Source: Eledone cirrhosa
Lineage: Eukaryota
NCBI GenBank assembly: GCA_964016885.1
Contig: OZ024741.1
Coordinates: 112,902,001 to 112,966,000, forward strand
Direction: 5' to 3'
Length of the DNA: 64,000 bases
The position numbers and the translations under genes were made by a program. The notes under the pieces are model-generated. The model saw only the letters and a program-made list of their open reading frames with translations. It was not told where the DNA came from and did not search any database. Every line of letters starts with the position of its first letter. Position 1 is the stretch's first letter. Shown piece by piece: positions 53,291 through 64,000 of this stretch.

Positions 53291-53572
53291 AGCTTCACAC
53301 ACACACACAAGCATATATACATATATATATATATATAATTTATTTCATAAGAAATGACTTATACAGGGTTATATCTGTTTCATTTCTTGGAAATCATAAA
53401 AATGTTCAAATAATTTTATTCGATTTGGTTTTTATATATGTATATGGTGAAAAAAGGGTGGGAGGAGGGAAGAAGACAAAGATGAAGAAAATGAAAAAAA
53501 AAGAAGAAAGCAATTGAAAATATAGGGAGGAGAGATAAGGGGAAAATAATTAAGTAGATGTATGGTGTAGAA

Positions 53573-53683
53573 AGTGGTGGTGGAGGGGGAGATGTTCATA
53601 TGTATACAGTGGTGGTGGAGGGGGAGATGTTCATATGTATACAGTGGTGGTGGAGGGGGAGATGTTCATATGTATACAGTGGT
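53573..53683. repeat. 35-bp tandem repeat, three perfect copies
   Basis: Unit ggtggtggagggggagatgttcatatgtatacagt. Confidence 0.95.
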
Positions 53684-54409
53684 TGTGATGGTCAGTCAGT
53701 ATGTAGAGAAGTAGTAATGATGAAGATGATGATGATAACCTCAATTTGTGTCTGACTAACGATGACTGATGTAACAGATTCTGAATACTAGTACAGGGGG
53801 GATTCCCCCAATGCCAAATGTTTAGTCTGACATTAGATTACATCAATCAAAAGTAGACAGTCTGTGTTCATGTGTGTGTTTGTGTGAGTGTGTGAGTGTG
53901 TGAATATCTGTGCATGACTGAGTGTGTATGTGAGTGAGTGTGTGATTGAGTGTGTCTGTGTAAGTGTATGTTTGTCTATCTTTGTGAGTAAATGTATGCC
54001 TATGTGTGAAGGAGTGTGGATGTCTGTGTTTGTCTGTGAGTGAGTGTATAAATGAGTGTGTATCTGTGTCTATATGTCTGTCTGAGTGAATGTGTGTAAG
54101 TGTGTGTGTGTATGTATATGTGTTTGTGTGTATGTGTGTCTCTGTGTAAGTGAGTGTCTGTGAGTGAGTGTATGAGTGAGTATGCATCTGTGTCTGTGTG
54201 TCTGTCTGAATGACTGTGTGTAAGTGTCTGTGTGTATGTATAAGTGTCTGGATTTATGTGTATGTGTCTCTGTGTAAGTGTGTGTCTGTGTGTCTATAGA
54301 TTAGTAAGTGTTAGTTGGGATGATTGTGTGCCTGTGTCTGTGTTACTATGTGTGAGTTAATGTGAATCTGAGTGAGTGGGTATATGAGTTTCATTGTGTG
54401 ACTGTATGT

Positions 54410-56040
54410 GTATGTGTGTAACTGTGTGTCTATATGTGTGTATTTATACATATATATGTGTGTGAGTGTGTAACTGTGTGTCTATATGTGTGTATTTATA
54501 CATATATGTGTGTGAGTGTGTAACTGTGTTTCTATATGTGTGTATTTATACATATATATATGTGTGTGAGTGTGTAACTGTGATCTACATGTGTGTATTT
54601 ATACATATATATGTGTGTGTGTAACTGTGTATCTATATGTGTGTATTTATACATATATATGTGTGTGAGTGTGTAACTGTGTGTCTATATGTGTGTATTT
54701 ATACATATATATGTGTGTGAGTGTGTAACTGTTTCTATATGTGTGTATTTATACATATATGTGTGTGTGAGTGTGTAACTGTGTGTTTATATGTGTGTAT
54801 TTATACATATATATGTGTGTGAGTGTGTAACTGTGTGTCTATATGTGTGTATTTATACATATATATGTGTGAGTGTGTAACTGTGTGTCTATATGTGTGT
54901 ATTTATACATATATATATATGTGTGAGTGTGTAACTGTGTGTCTATATGTGTGTATTTATACATATATATGTGTGTGTGAGTGTGTAACTGTGTGTCTAT
55001 ATGTGTGTATTTATACATATATATGTGTGTGTGAGTGTGTAACTGTGTGTCTATATGTGTGTATTTATACATATATATGTGTGTGAGTGTGTAACTGTGT
55101 GTTTATATGTGTGTATTTATACATATATATATGTGTGTGAGTGTGTAACTGTGTTTCTATATGTGTGTATTTATACATATATATATGTGTGTGAGTGTGT
55201 AACTGTGTTTCTATATGTGTGTATTTATACATATATATGTGTGTGAGTGTGTAACTGTGTGTCTATATGTGTGTATTTATACATATATCTGTGTGTGAGT
55301 GTGTAACTGTGTGTCTATATGTGTGTACATTTATACATGTCTCTCTGTGAGAGTGTGTAACTGTGTGTGAATGTGTGTAGATTTATACATATATCTGTGT
55401 GTGAGTGTGTAACTGTGTATGCATGTGTGTACATTTATACATGTCTCTCTGTGAGAGTGTGTAACTGTGTATGCATGTGTGTACATTTATACATGTCTCT
55501 CTGTGAGAGTGTGTAACTGTGTATGCATGTGTGTACATTTATACATGTCTCTCTGTGAGAGTGTGTAACTGTGTATGCATGTGTGTACATTCATACATGT
55601 CTCTCTGTGAGAGTGTGTAACTGTGTATGCATGTGTGTACATTTATACATGTCTCTCTGTGAGAGTGTGTAACTGTGTATGCATGTGTGTACATTTATAC
55701 ATGTCTCTGTGAGAGTGTGTAACTGTGTATGCATGTGTGTACATTCATACATGTCTCTCTGTGAGAGTGTGTAACAGTGTATGCATGTGTGTACATTCAT
55801 ACATGTCTCTCTGTGAGAGTGTGTAACTGTGTATGCATGTGTGTACATTTATACATGTCTCTCTGTGGGAGTGTGTAACTGTGTATGCATGTGTGTACAT
55901 TCATACATGTCTCTCTGTGAGAGTGTGTAACTGTGTATGCATGTGTGTACATTCATACATGTCTCTCTGTGAGAGTGTGTAACTGTGTATGCATGTGTGT
56001 ACATTCATACATGTCTCTCTGTGAGAGTGTGTAACTGTGT
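54410..56040. repeat. ~52-bp minisatellite array (~31 copies) with two variant domains
   Basis: Near-constant core gagtgtgtaactgtgt; left and right halves differ in fixed variants. Confidence 0.95.
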
Positions 56041-56439
56041 GATAGCTGCCAGATCTGTGGCTGTGAAATCCCACTATGCCAATGGGGATGATATAATATT
56101 GATGAAATCTTTATCTGACGCAGGTTGGAAATAGCAACTAAAACCAATGCTGCTCTGAAGAAGAGGAGGGAGAAGCAGATACTATATTATATATATCACT
56201 AAAAATAAGATGCATCAAAGAGCTCTAAAGTGTGTTATCTTGTAAGAACAAATTTGATATTCCATCATTAATGCTGTCACTCAATAATATTTGCCAGTTC
56301 ATATTCATGTTTTTATATGTAGAAGGGAAATAAAATGAGTGATGTCAAGACAGTAAACAGGATTATATCAGCAATAAAGCAGGTTAAAATAAATAGTACA
56401 CAAAATAACAATAATAATAATAATAATGATAATAATAAT

Positions 56440-56790
56440 AATTTCTTTATTGGCCACTAGGGCCTATGTATAGGGGACAATACAAAAAGACAGGGACAGT
56501 AGGTGTTTACAATAAAACCAAGTAAAAGCAAATTAACAACAAACAATTAACAACAATAACATTTTCCAAAAGGCAGGTACCCCACCATTCCTGAACCACC
56601 TAACGCTTCACGGGCACCTGGGAAGGGCACCCCTTTCCTCCTCAAATTAACCAGCATGCTCAGAGTAGGCCAATTCATACGGGCCATTCCCACCACATTT
56701 ACACACCTTTTAGCAAATGTACTGTGGGGGAAGCACTTCTATCTCCACCCTCACCTTCCTTTCCAAGTGAAACTTGAAAAAATTGTTAAG
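56440..56790 (-). mobile_element. Probable Tx1-like LINE 3' end
   Basis: FFKFHLERKVRVE-like C-terminus and AATAAA before a (TTA)n tract; a similar terminus occurs at ~62500. Confidence 0.5.
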
Positions 56791-57327
56791 AAGAGCTATA
56801 GTATAAGCATAAGACTATTTCAACTGACAAACTTTTAGACTACAAAATGTATTTTAATTTTATATTCAGTTTTATTCTATTTCACTTAATTTATAACTTT
56901 TTTCCACCACCATGCGATGGTGGCATTACCCCTCTTCCCTCTTTAAATCCTATCACCTCTTTCTGGACTGTTACATTCTTTCCATCACCCTCTATGTGAC
57001 CACTGTGTTTGTTATTGTTGCTTTTACTTTACTTTACAGCACTTCCTTAATAAGTACCTATCTTGACCAAACCTGAGTGTATTTGGTAGATTAATAAAAT
57101 ACCATGAATGATAGTAGCAGTCTCTCCCTATGTCCAACGAAATAATGTGGTAGCCCAGAGTCAGAGAGGGGGCTAAAACATCTGGCTATCTTAAGATTAC
57201 ATAGGGTAGCAACAAGAGCAATAGTAATTGTGATGATAGGATTAATAATGATGGTGATACTGATTTCTTTACCTACCACAAAATATTTTCATGAAGAAAA
57301 CATAAAAGACAGCTCTAATAATAATAA

Positions 57328-60300
57328 AACTCCTAGCACCCAGCAAGGAGTAGCTCTGTCTCATGGGCAGGATGAGCTCACTAATCTTGGCTGATAATCA
57401 TCCTAGAGGTGGTATTTTCCACAAAATTACCCCTTGGCAGTGAAGGAAAAAATGCATAAAGAAACAACAAAAGGCTCCACAGTATCTACAGACAAAAACA
57501 CACACCAGATTGGTCATCACCTGAGTCAGCAAAGACTGCATCCTTCAGGGAATAATCAGCCTAGGTTTGAAAAGTCTGCAGCTAAAACGAGCTCTTCTCC
57601 AAATACAGACTTGAATGGTCACTTTGATAAGAATAATTTCAACCCAAGCCCTTCAAGTTCAGCACCACAAGGAAGCCAGAAGTTTCACGCATTTTATCAC
57701 TCATTGGGCAAACCAATGGATCCAAAACACACAGTAAATTCTTTCAGAGTATAGAGGGAAATAGATCGCGGATGTCCAAACCTGGATGAAAACAAACTAG
57801 CAAATGTAAGAAGAGATATTGTTAAAAGCAAGAGACTTACAGATGCAGGGTTAAATGAAATTAAGAATGTTGAAAAAGATTCAAGAATATAATATAATAA
57901 ATGGGTAAGAATATATATGTGATAGAAGTGACACCACAAAATGTATTGACTACGCTGTCACCAGAAGAGATTTCATGGAACATTGATGGTATTAGAAACA
58001 CAACAGAGCAGGGTCAAGCTGAAGGGCGGGTTGACAATATGGATGAGGCTACTTCTACTCATGAATATAAAGATCAGGTAGAACCAACAAAACAAGAAAT
58101 TCTCAATGAAATTGAAAAGATAAAAAAACATTAATATGGGTGAAAGAGAGTCCTTGAAAAAACTGACAAGCAACAACCAGATTAAAAGACACATATGAAC
58201 AGGAAATCAGGCTGTTAAAGCAATAATTGGAGACTGATAGATGGAGACTGATATATCAGGACTGAATGAAATTATTTATGCTGCAGCAACGATAATAGAA
58301 AGGAAATGTTGGTTACAGAAAAAGTGAAAAGGATACAACGCTCACAAAAAACCAACCTTGAAGATTAAAATTGAGAATGAAATTGAAATTATGCAGTGGG
58401 AAATATCGATCCTGGCAGAAATCTGTGCTGGGAAATCCATCAAGTCAAGAAAAGGAAGGAGAGTTATTAAGAAATAGAATTTAACTTCAAAACTTAAAAT
58501 TCCATCAATCAAAGAAATACTGAGACAGAACGTACAGCTGAAAGCTCAAAGAATCAGAAGATTAGAAAAGTAAAATAGGTTTTACATGCAAAATAAGGTG
58601 TTTATGTCTGATGTCAAAAGGTTTTATAGGAAATTGGGATACAAAAAATTAAAGTAAAGGAACCTCTTTCAATTCATAAAATTGGGGAATTCTGGATAAC
58701 CATATGGTACACAGAACAATCTCATAAAGTGAATGCAGAATGGATAAAGAGCATGGAAGAAACATACAATAATTTAGAAAGGCAAACTTGGCAAGATATA
58801 ACTATGGAAAAACTGGAGTTGGCGCTAAAGAAAGCCAACAAATGGAAATCCTTGGCTTTGATAAAGTGCCAAACTTTTGATTATATTCTTTAACTGCTAC
58901 CCAAGATATGTTTGTAAGATGTTATAATGAAATTATACACTGAAAAAACTCCTGATTGGTTTGCGCAAGGTATAACATATCTCTTGCCAAAATTGACAGA
59001 AACAAATATTAAAAAATAAAATGATTGTTATATCACTTGCCTTCCCACATCATACAAAATTCTCACTTCAATCATGATTGAGACAACCTACAAATTTATG
59101 GATAAAAATCTTCTATTCCCAAATGGGCAGAAAGGTTGTTACCATGGGTCATCTCATTAATCGTATGGTTCTGGAAAACTGTCATAAAAAATATTGAAAT
59201 CTGAAATAACTATAAGAAAGCATTTGACAGTGTTAGATTTTGAAAATTTTTAATGTTTTGAAAATGTCTCTGGTAATATAAAACTTGCTGAAATATGACA
59301 TACCTATATGGAATACAAACCTATCATCGTCACACATTGAGGGAACTATAATTTCCAGCAACATAAGCATTAACTGTGGTATATTTCAAGGTGATTCGTT
59401 TTCTCCTTTGATATTTTGCATTGCACTCACACTGTTGTTTTTAGTGCTCAACAAAGCAAAATATGGTGACAAAATAGACAGCAAAACCATATATCACCTG
59501 CTTTATATGAATAACTTGAAGCTGTATACCAAAAATGACAACGAATCGCAAGGACTGTTGAAAACAGTCAAGGTGTTATGCAATGATGTGGGGATATAGT
59601 TTGGAGTGGAAAAATGTGCCAAGCAACATTCAAAGGCAGAATGACAAGTACAAACTCTATGTAAATATATGAGAATACAGTAATTAGTGAACTAGAACAG
59701 AAACAATGAACGCCAAGGTATTAACCATGCCAGCATGAAAGAGAGAATCTGCAAGGAATGTTACTGGAGAGTATGTGCTGTCATGAAAAAGGAACTTAAC
59801 TCATGAAAAAAATGATCTGCCATAAATGCACTTGCAATCTCTGTTATCACTCACAGTTTTAATATTATAAATTAGAACGTTAGTGAATTTAGTAGAATGG
59901 ACACCAATATGAGGAAACTTTGAACTGTAATAGAATACATCACCCACAAGCAGATGTGGATTGCCTCTATCTCCCTAGACAAAATGGAGGTAGAGGAATA
60001 ATCTCACTAGAACTTTCATACAAGAAATCGACCATTGGACTCAATCAGTACCTTAAAACCACAGATGACTGGATGATGAAAATGGTTGCAGACCATGAAA
60101 AGAAGAGGTTACATGCAGCCAGAAAGGATAGTAGGAAGTTTGTGAAAGAATTGGGAATACAGTTTTAAAATGATGGCAGTTCTGCAGTTAAAGTCATAAA
60201 GAATATAAAAGCATTGACAAAACATGAAGGTCAACAGAGACTGTGCACTAAATGGGAGCAAAAACCTCTGCATGGGTAGTATGTTCTCTAAAGAAAAGAA

Positions 60301-61118
60301 CCTGATGTAGATCAAATTCTCACCCATCAGTTGCTGCAGAGTTCTGGGCTAAAGGCAGAGAGTAAGGGTTTTATTTTGGCTACACAAGACCAGTGCCTTC
60401 CAACATGCAGCATTCAAGCCAATATGATCAGAAATGGAATTGAATCTGGGTTGACCATGTTGGGACCATTGACTAGCTGGTTTCCGGCTGCAATGTATTA
60501 GCTCACAAAGAATATAAAATGAGGCCTGATAGAGTGGGGTGATACCTGCACTGGGTAATGTGCAAGTTTTATGGTACAACCATCACTCAGATGTAGTAAC
60601 AGGAGACAAGAACTTGACAATCCTCTGGAATTTCCCTGTAAATACTGACAGAACAATCAAGGCCAACAGACCTGATATAATTGAGAAGGACCATAAAGAG
60701 AAAACATGTTTCTTAATTCTACTGGATCGTAACATCTCGAAAGAGTTCAGAAAGCTCAGTAAGCATAAAGGTCTGTCAATTGAAAATGAGAAAATGTGGC
60801 ATTTTAAGGCCTGTACAATACACCAGTGAAAGTCGGTGCACTTGGATTGATAAGAAAAGGTACTGAAAAATACTGGAACTGGATACCTGGAAAGCCATCT
60901 CTGCAAGAGATACAAAAAATAGTTCCAACTGGTACTGTCCATGTCCTGAGAAGGGCATTATCAATTTTAAAACATTACAAAGATATTTACTGTTGTTAGT
61001 GCCCTTATGGAATCATCTGTGTGATAATTGATTGTAAAATGGGTGTATTATCAAATTTTACCTCAGGTGTTAGGTTAACACTTGGCATGGTTTAGCAGAA
61101 TTCAAAGGAAGTCTCAAA
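57328..61118 (+). mobile_element. Apparently full-length but pseudogenised Dong/R4 non-LTR retrotransposon
   Basis: Collinear motifs KWKS-G-DKV, CLPTSYKILT, YKKAFDSV, GIFQGDSFSPLIF, HLLYMNNLKLY, LYLPRQNGGRG and KANRPDII; TAA repeats on both sides; many stops and frameshifts. Confidence 0.92.
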
Positions 61119-61125
61119 TAATAAT

Positions 61126-61314
61126 TGTTTCTACTTTTGGCACCAGGCCAGCAATTATCCCAGTGCATTACTGGTACTTTATTTTATCGACCCCGTAAGG
61201 ATGAAAGGCAAAGTTAACCTCGGCGGGATTTGAACTCAGATCATAAAGGGAGGTAACTCTATGCTTCAAAGCATGGCGCCCGACCCTCTACCAATACTGC
61301 CAATCCACCGCCCT
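61126..61314 (-). mobile_element. Young SINE (same family as 24396-24571) inserted at the Dong 3' tail
   Basis: Perfect 17-bp TSD aagtctcaaataataat at 61109-61125 and 61315-61331. Confidence 0.92.
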
Positions 61315-61899
61315 AAGTCTCAAATAATAATAACAACAACAATCCTTTCTAACATTGGCACAAAGCCAATAATTTTATGTAAGGGTAAAGTTGGTTATTT
61401 TGACTCCAGTACTTTATTGACGTCAGAAGAATGAAAGGTAAAGTTAACCTTGGTGGGATTTGAACTGAGATTGTAGAAAGTCATAATTAAATACCACAAA
61501 GCATTTTGTCCAACATTCTACCAATACTGCCAATCCATTTCCTTCAGTGGTTATCATCATTATCATCATATTACATTAGCTTCTTTATGCTGCATGGGCT
61601 GGGCGATTCTTTTTCAGTACACAACAACCCTCCACTTGTTAGCGTCCTTTGTTATCTCCTCTGTGAGCTTCAGAGATTTCAGGTCAGCTCATACAACTTT
61701 CACTCAGGTTTTCCTTAGTCTTTTTCTACTGTAGCTTCTTTCCATTCGGATTTCATGACACTTCTTCCTCCAATGATCATCATCCATATGCCTCACATGT
61801 TGATACTAGCTCTGTACACTACATCTGATTCCACTTACACTAGATTTTCTTGCAGTTCACCCTTGCTTCATCATTCATGCACATTAACATTGCACATCC

Positions 61900-62435
61900 A
61901 TGATTATAATAGAAAAGGTGATTCACTGGCATTTATGCAAACTAAATAATTTACGACATTCTGAGAAGTGGTATGAGCATAAGCCAGAGTTGGTGATAGA
62001 AAGCGATCAAGTGAAGGTGCTATGGAATTTCAGGATACAGACAGGACAAGAAATTAAAACACAATAAGCTTGACCTGATGGTTTTTGACAAGGAAAAAAG
62101 ATTGTGCCTGATTGTAAATGTAGCCTGCCCATTAGACACAAGAGTGCAAGAAAAGGAGAAGGAGAAAATTAACCGATACCAGGATTTAATGTGGGAGTTA
62201 AAAAGGATTTGGGACTGTCATGAGATCAAGGTCATTTGAATTGTCATAGGAGCACTAGGTACTATCTCAAATAGTTTTCAAGGATGGTTAAAAAACATTA
62301 GTCCAGCCCTCTTTTTTGGAACACTAGAACAGCAAGAACCCTCCAATACGTCCTGAATATTTGATGCTGCAGGTAGTGGCTTGATGTTCATTTGAACAAA
62401 CTTTCCAGTTAAATAACATCAATGACTGAGACACC

Positions 62436-62488
<53 letters not shown>

Positions 62489-62500
62489 TAATAATGATAA
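61900..62500 (+). mobile_element. Dong/R4 3' fragment (RLE domain) with (TAA)n tail
   Basis: KWYEHKPE...VLWNFRIQT...VNVACPLD...EKEKEKINRYQDL...IVIGALGT, then (TAA)n at 62436-62500. Confidence 0.88.
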
Positions 62501-63720
62501 TTTCTTCATTAGCCACAAGGTGCTGCTGATAGAATATAGTAAACATCATAAACATAGAGGATACAATACATGTGGTGCTGGACAAAGTTATATAAAAGTG
62601 AGGCTGGGAGTAAGGACATTATTCAATAGACAGATTAATCTAATGTAACATGAAACTATTATAGAACAAAGTAATTAACACAAAATATGATTTAAAATAT
62701 GAAAAAAAAAAACATTTCAGGAGATTTTGCTGATTCCTGGTATAAAAGGCATGCTGGTTGAGTAATAATGTGGGACATTCTGACTTTACTTTACAGAATG
62801 CACCATTTGCCTTTATCACTATGCAGGTCATTATGACATTGAGAAAGCTGGAGAGCCCTTCTGACCCTTTGTTTGGCACCTTTTTTATAGTTGGGTACCT
62901 TTCTTACCATCAACTACTTTACAGAGTATACTGGTCCATTGTGTACATTACCAACACTAGAGTAGTTGTCATGCCTTTGACCTTTGACACAACTGAAGAG
63001 CCCATCCAACCCTTTGAGTTAATTTAATAGTTGCTGATTTAGGCACAAGACTAACAATTTGGGAGAGGGGAATTCGATTAAATCAACCTCTGTACATTAC
63101 TGCTTCTTTATTTTATTGACTTTGTGGATAAAATGCAATGCTAACCTTGGTGGGATTTAAAGTCAGAATGTAAGTGATGGAATTGTATGTCACCAAGCTT
63201 GTTGTTTAATGCGCTATCGATTCTACCCATCAACTATGTAATGCTGGAATGTTTGTAAGATGTCACATTTTGAAAATGTACAATAATTTACTTAGCAAGA
63301 TTTGTGTAAGTTTCAATATATTTGCCATAGTCATTGAACAGAACGATGTAGCCATGATAATTGGTTGTGTGAATGGTTAGTTTTTATTAGTTAGCAGCAT
63401 AGTATTAGTTTTTGTAAATATGTAATCTTTTATTCTTTTACTAGTTTCATTCAAATATTTATTCGTTCATATTGACGCCTGTATTTATTTCTTTTCAAGT
63501 CTGTTACTTATTTTATCATTCTCTTTTTATCAAATCACTAAATAATGGGAGTCCAACAAATACATGCACATATACATTTGTATGTATATATATATCATAT
63601 ATATATTCCTGCTATATCAAGTGTTAACCTAATATATACTTTCCATATACTGTACCGATTGTGTTGTTATTTCTGTTTACCTTTTACATACATATATATA
63701 TATTAACGGAAAAATGAAAC

Positions 63721-63764
<44 letters not shown>

Positions 63765-63851
63765 GGTATTAATGAAACGAAATTACTGTACTTCTGTATA
63801 CATATATGTATGTACGTGTACATACTTATATATATATATATATATATATAT

Positions 63852-64000
63852 CATCATCATCATCATCATCACCGTTTTACATCCGTTCTTCCACGCTAGC
63901 ATGGGTTAGACGGGTTGTCCTGTTGTGGGCAGTGTCTGGTCGGCTGACCATGCCTTGCTCATACAGGAACTGATTTGGCTTGATTTCTACAGCTGGATGC
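63852..64000 (-). mobile_element. RTE 3'UTR and (GAT)n tail, cut by the window end
   Basis: Reverse complement closely matches 5650-5790. Confidence 0.85.

Noticed and set aside
57328-57430. Possible HDV-like ribozyme at the 5' end of the Dong/R4 element
   Set aside because: Some hairpins are present (aggatga/tcatcct, gctc/gggc) but I could not build the nested double pseudoknot. A covariance search on the family consensus would decide.

Overview
AT-rich, repeat-dense animal genomic DNA. The repeat mix (RTE and Dong/R4 LINEs, Penelope-like elements, tRNA-derived SINEs, long (TA)n tracts) suggests a coleoid cephalopod, probably Octopus; this is inference. No long intact protein-coding exon is present, and nearly all ORF-track entries are decayed retrotransposon pieces or microsatellite artefacts. 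The best host-gene signal is on the minus strand: a CpG-enriched promoter-like patch with two tandem CRE palindromes (~38.9-39.2 kb), followed by short exons at ~26.9-27.0 kb and 15.6 kb. The last two splice in phase across an 11.3-kb intron into a complete 55-aa ORF that resembles, from memory, the conserved Mg2+-responsive uORF of PRL/PTP4A phosphatases. I found no main CDS in the window. Also present are one intact and three decayed minimal hammerhead ribozyme motifs, a Helitron, a hAT MITE with a perfect TSD, a decayed full-length Dong/R4 element, TTAA MITEs carrying a SINE at the same site, and several minisatellites. Many further short SINE and RTE 3'UTR remnants are not listed individually, and coordinates of decayed elements are approximate.
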